Source: Tubiluchus corallicola (lineage: Eukaryota; Animalia; Priapulida). From it: a DNA stretch of 64,000 nucleotides. Numbering within the stretch: the first letter of the stretch is position 1; every line of letters starts with the position of its first letter. The position numbers and the translations under genes are program-made. This document shows, piece after piece, positions 59,112-64,000 of the stretch. The notes below the pieces were generated by a model that was given only the letters and a program-made list of their open reading frames with translations, did no database searches and was not told the origin of the DNA. The stretch spans positions 87,877 through 151,876 of the forward strand of contig JAQGDQ010000167.1 in assembly GCA_030141605.1 (NCBI GenBank), in the 5' to 3' direction.

Positions 59112-62100
59112 TCAATAGTATTTCTTGCTCGACGAGTACTTCTGCTTTCTGTTGAACGGTTTCGGACGATGTGACCTTGCTTGACTGTTGTCTAGGCGAC
59201 CGTCTGAGGATGAGTGACGAAGGACGGGCAGAGGAGAGCGGCGGACGGGCGGAACCGAAGTCGTCGACTGCAACAGCTGAGTTGCTGATGACTGCAGTAA
59301 CTGTTGTGCTAGTTTTGCATTCTGCTGTAGTGTCTGCATTACAGGGCGTGCACCCATGAACGGCGGCGCACACGACGCTGGTCCACCTGCGAAAAAAGAA
59401 ATATTACACATGCAAATTTGTCAACACTAAACTTTACAACCCTAAACAAGTGTAAGAAACGAAGGAAAAGTGTAAGAATACAAAAAATTCATGCTTTAAG
59501 AAACAAGTGACTTAAAAATTATGTATATCTAAATTTAGTTAACCTACCTGCCCGACCTTGTTGAAAACTTTGAGGGTGTGTCAGCCTCCCTCCTACAGCC
59601 ATTGATGGTGATATACCCAACAATGGAGTCTTTCCCGGGACTACAGGAACACTAGTACCAGTAGGCACTCCTTGGCCCATGCCAGCAAGATTAACAAGAC
59701 GACCATTGGCTAGTGGTGTAGTCAATTGGGCATACAGTCCTGCAAATTGTGCGGCTGCTACTCCACCTGCAAAGCAAAAAGTTTAAAATTAGGATGACCT
59801 AAATCACCCACTAAGAAGTTGAAAAATACGAAGACTATTTGATTTATAAATGAGTACAAAAACACTGCAGTGGTGAGAATTTACCTGCTTGCTTTCCACG
59901 TGCGGGAATAGGCGGTCCGTTATGAAAGTGAGGATGCCCGGTAATTGGAGGAGGTGGAGGAGGCGGAATATCATCATCGTCGTCATCATCATCCCCACCA
60001 TCCCCTGCTTCTCCATTAACAACAGTCTCTTCTTGCTTCTCTTCCTCTTCGTCGGAGAGACCAAACTCCTTCCGCAGTCGAGCAGTGAGACTCTCGCGCT
60101 GCACAGGCTTTGGCTCCTCCAAACTCTGAAACGCCGGCAAACTTTGCAGACTGGTCAGTCGCTCGTCCAAGGTCAGGCCACACAAGCCAAGACCGCTGTC
60201 CAGTTTGGTTTCACCAATTCCTAAATGATTAAGAGTAACAGAAATTAAATAATCCAGAAATTATACTTAAAGCAACCCTGACGATAGTGGGACACGACCT
60301 TAAAGGCTACTTTAAAACTATGTTGAACAATAACATCTGAGCTCAGGTTATAGTCAAGAAATGATATAGTTTGCACACATTAGAACTTCGTATTGAACAC
60401 ATTGATTTAAACTATCTAGAAGATATGGACAAGTATTTATTTTTTAGTTACAAACATAACCTGTCTATACTATCAATTATTAACAATGAAAATGTCCTAA
60501 TATGAGCATTTTTAATGCTCAGCATACTAACCCATACTCAAGCAAGGCTGGCTCATGATAAAAATAGACACAGCAGATACACTGAAGCCAAATACAGCAA
60601 CTCATTAGGCTAAATTCAGTGTAAGTAGTGTTTGGCACTGATGCACAAACGCACTTGAACGCATACAACAAAAAAAACAAGACTCTCCCATCATATTATG
60701 TGTGCCTTCATTTTTCTATACAAGCTGTCACTAATAGCACTTTTTCTGACAGATCAGTTCTATTAAACAGTGATATTCACGTATGAATTTCTACCTGTTT
60801 TCTGTGCAAGTGATTCACGGAAAGACTCTGAAGCCGACATGCTATCTAGGCGTGATAGTTGAGTCAAAGTGGATCCACCGGAGCTGGTAGCCTTTAACTT
60901 GTCAAGAAAAGAAGGCAGCTTAGTAGGTGTACTTTCATTGCTCTCTCCTCCTTTCTTTGCACGCATACGATATTCAACTAGTGACACCTAGTGATAGAAA
61001 AAACAAAAAAGATACATGCAGCAAGTTTATCATGGCTGTTCAGCAGCATCAAATTTTAGTTAAAATACAGTTAAAATGTCTTTTTTCACCATGTCAATCT
61101 TGCAAACTTTTTACTAAGGAAGCCTTAATAAACTCTAGCTTTAATTATGCATTGTTATGCATAAGCATTCACATAAGCATTTATATATCTAAATGTTACT
61201 GGTGAGCATCGAACGTTGAAATCGAATTCGATCCCATTAGGTTTTTTAAGTTCGAATTCGATTCGCACCTAAAATTACAGATTCGAAAAAAGATCAGCAC
61301 TTCACCTACGTACGTTCTTTATTACTAAGAAATTTGAAACAACATGCAATCAACACAATTTATCTGCGACTTCTGTGCACAAATTTTAAGTTAGTGTTTT
61401 TACCACAGAATAAATTCAAGTAAAATACATGATTTTTTAGGACCGCTTTTCAATAACGATTTGAAAATTCATTAAAAAGATCTTTAGAAATGAATTCTAT
61501 TCGTGTTCGAAATTCGGTCCGATTTCAGTTCGAAAGTCACAAATTCAATTTGATTAAAATTTTCTGTCTGGCAGAGACATTCATAAATAATTCATAAATA
61601 TGTAAGTTATAAAGACGTGACTGTTCTTGTCTAGTCACTCCGGTAATTTTGTTATCGCACACTGCCCGGGAATTTTATAACTCTTTGTGCGTTCTCCTAA
61701 AAGCATATTTGTTTAATTTAAAACATAAAACTCAATTAATTATTTTAATATCGTTATTTCAGTGAAGTGCCAGCTATGTTTCCCAATATTTCTCACGAGA
61801 TGGGTGTTCACACTCAGCAGTGTTGCCATTTATACCATAATGATCGGAAAACATAGGATAATTTAAGGCTCAATACCGCTCCAGACTAGGATAATCCAGT
61901 AATGCAAAATAAAAAGCTTAAATAACAAAGCGTGAAAAAATGGGTACTGTAAAAATTTAGAACATTACTGCTAACCAGTGGAAAATAAACAAACTTTGAT
62001 TTCCACTGATTTTAAATATTCCACAGTTCAGCTTGAAAGATTTGCAAAACTTCAATAAATTTTTTTGAAACATTTTCCATGCCTCTCTACTGACATTTTT

Positions 62101-64000
62101 TAAGCTCGCGAGGCAAGACAGAAATAATTTTTTTCTGGCTGGCCTAATTTCACACACATATGAAGTCTATTCTCAACAGCTTGCAACCTATAATTGTTGA
62201 GATATGGTGCTGCAACAGATAGTCCGCTGGCATCTATATTCTATAAAAAAACGGACTTCCACTTTTACATTCGTTTAGCTGAAAACTACTGATCTTTTTA
62301 AGGAATTAGTAATTGTTTAATTACTAAGTGAAAAACTCAAACCTTTTTCTTAGGTTTCTCAACAGGTGGAGGTGTTGGCTCTCTCGGACAAACCAGTACT
62401 TCACTCGAATGCGGCAACAATTTAGATTCACTATCTGCATCAGCTTTATTTTCAACGCTTTCCGAAACGTCGACATTGCTGCCAATGTTTTCCGTCAGAC
62501 CGGAAAATTTGACATTTGAACTATTTCTACAAAATAAATTATCAAAGTCTATTCGATTTTGCACAGCGGCCCACTGATCAGAGAACTCAGACTGCTGTCT
62601 ACGTTCCCATTCTGTTAGATCAGGCATAGACGTACAAGGATCAGTGTCAACCGCTTCATCACCTGAAGTACTACTTATTTCACCTTCACTACGCGACTCC
62701 ACGTTTCTAGTTACTTCACTTTTCACATCTTCAATCTTTACGCTAACTAAATTTTTATCAAGCACTGGTTCATCGTTAACTTCAGATTCCACATCTACCG
62801 TACTTTGAGAAAACATTAGGTTTTCTGAAACTGAATCTCTTTTCAAACCCAAGAATTCAGCTGAATTTATCTTCTCTTCTTGTCCAACAGATGTCACTTC
62901 AACTTTCACACGTGATTCTATCGTGTTCACTTGCTCAGATGGTAGTTTCTCTGATGCTGCGAACGCGCTCGTGTTCGTATCCGTCGACACAGTCTCACCA
63001 AAGTTTTCAGATCGAGTCCAAGATGTAGCAGTTAAATTGCGCTTATGTAAAGGCAGTCGGTTGATTTCACTTCCAGGCTAAGAAACAGTAATAGTAACTT
63101 TTAAATAGTTAAACACAACTTAAACACTTCTAAACTGTAAACAATACACTTCTAAAATGAATTCCCCCAGTTCCCTCTACTCAAGAATGTGTTTCACCAG
63201 AACGCGAAAGTACCAATCTCCAAACAAAATAAGACCAACCCTTTAAGAAAACAAGATGCACATTTAAACAAGACACAAGACCCATCCTTACACAAAATAA
63301 ACAACATAAAATTTTTGGAAAAGTTGCAGTTGACTATGAACTTAAATTAATAAACTTTGCCCTGACAGAGGGAACTGCAAAAATCTATTTGAAGTACATT
63401 AACTTCAATCAATCAATTAAATGAAACTTTCCTAGATCTCATCATTTGATAAAGCATCTTTCCAGCAAAATACGTTGCAAATAGAATTAAATCCCGTACA
63501 TGAAAAGTCACCACTGGCTTATCAATCTCCAATTAGCCTTTTCACAGTTTCGTTGTGCGCACGTGCAGTTGGTGAAAGTCAGGGGTTAAGTGTACCACAG
63601 CAACGTATCTTAACTACAACCATCACGTGGCATGTGTGTAAAGCAAAGCCCTCTGTTGTATCAGTTCAGTAACTTCAGTTGTCTTATGCTGGACTTTACA
63701 TAATTATGCATTAGTCTGTGTGTAGAGTGATTTACTAGCAGGATCTTACTTTGGAACAAAAAAAAATGAACTATGCAAGGGTCTAGCCAGCTGTTAAAAC
63801 TGATACTATTACAATAGCATTAGCTGCGAGGCACTGACAAGTGTACACAAATGTGTCATCTAGTACACTTAACCTTTGACCTTTTCACGATCATCATCAA
63901 TCGTTGGAACTGTAAAAAGGCTTATTACAAACCCAAACAATAAATCACAAATCTACACAAACCTTCGTAAATAAAGAGCCACCGGGAACCGGTAACCGAT
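59112..64000 (-). CDS. 3' exons of a large low-complexity protein, probably KMT2E(MLL5)/SETD5/UpSET family; 5' part outside window
   Basis: Phase-compatible GT-AG exons 63963-64000, 62343-63077, 60795-60987, 59885-60220, 59548-59766, 59112-59386. The junction 62343/60987 creates PKKKVSLVEYRMR, resembling KKKVSLLEYRKR of KMT2E/SETD5. SET and PHD domains are not visible, so the family call rests on one motif. Confidence 0.7.
63531..63926. mobile_element. MITE family A, copy 5
   Basis: Same termini and body as the other copies. Confidence 0.85.

Overview
AT-rich, intron-rich animal (invertebrate-like) genomic DNA, not prokaryotic. Four spliced genes can be reconstructed by eye: (1) a minus-strand secreted protein with a signal peptide, two SUEL/rhamnose-binding-lectin domains and EGF modules (~2.1-18.8 kb); (2) a complete six-exon class II ADP-ribosylation factor, ARF4/5-like (+, 21923-32653); (3) a complete ten-exon twinfilin (-, 44341-57292); (4) the 3' part of a large low-complexity protein with the KKKVSLxEYR motif of KMT2E/SETD5/UpSET (-, 59112 to beyond the window end). 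Calcium-binding EGF exons of another gene or copy enter from the left edge. The most notable observations are in twinfilin: it only reads through if a U12 minor-spliceosome AT-AC intron and a GC-AG intron are used; a U2-flanked 21-nt micro-exon candidate lies inside the U12 intron; and a splice donor overlapping the stop codon is in phase with a distant alternative last exon. The first 2.2 kb is a fold-back/template-switch structure containing a 1036-bp inverted copy of 7747-8782, which may be real or an artefact. Introns are packed with MITEs, several carrying tandem arrays inside them, plus a 5S-rRNA-headed SINE and a decayed CR1-like LINE. All calls come from manual reading; no searches were run.
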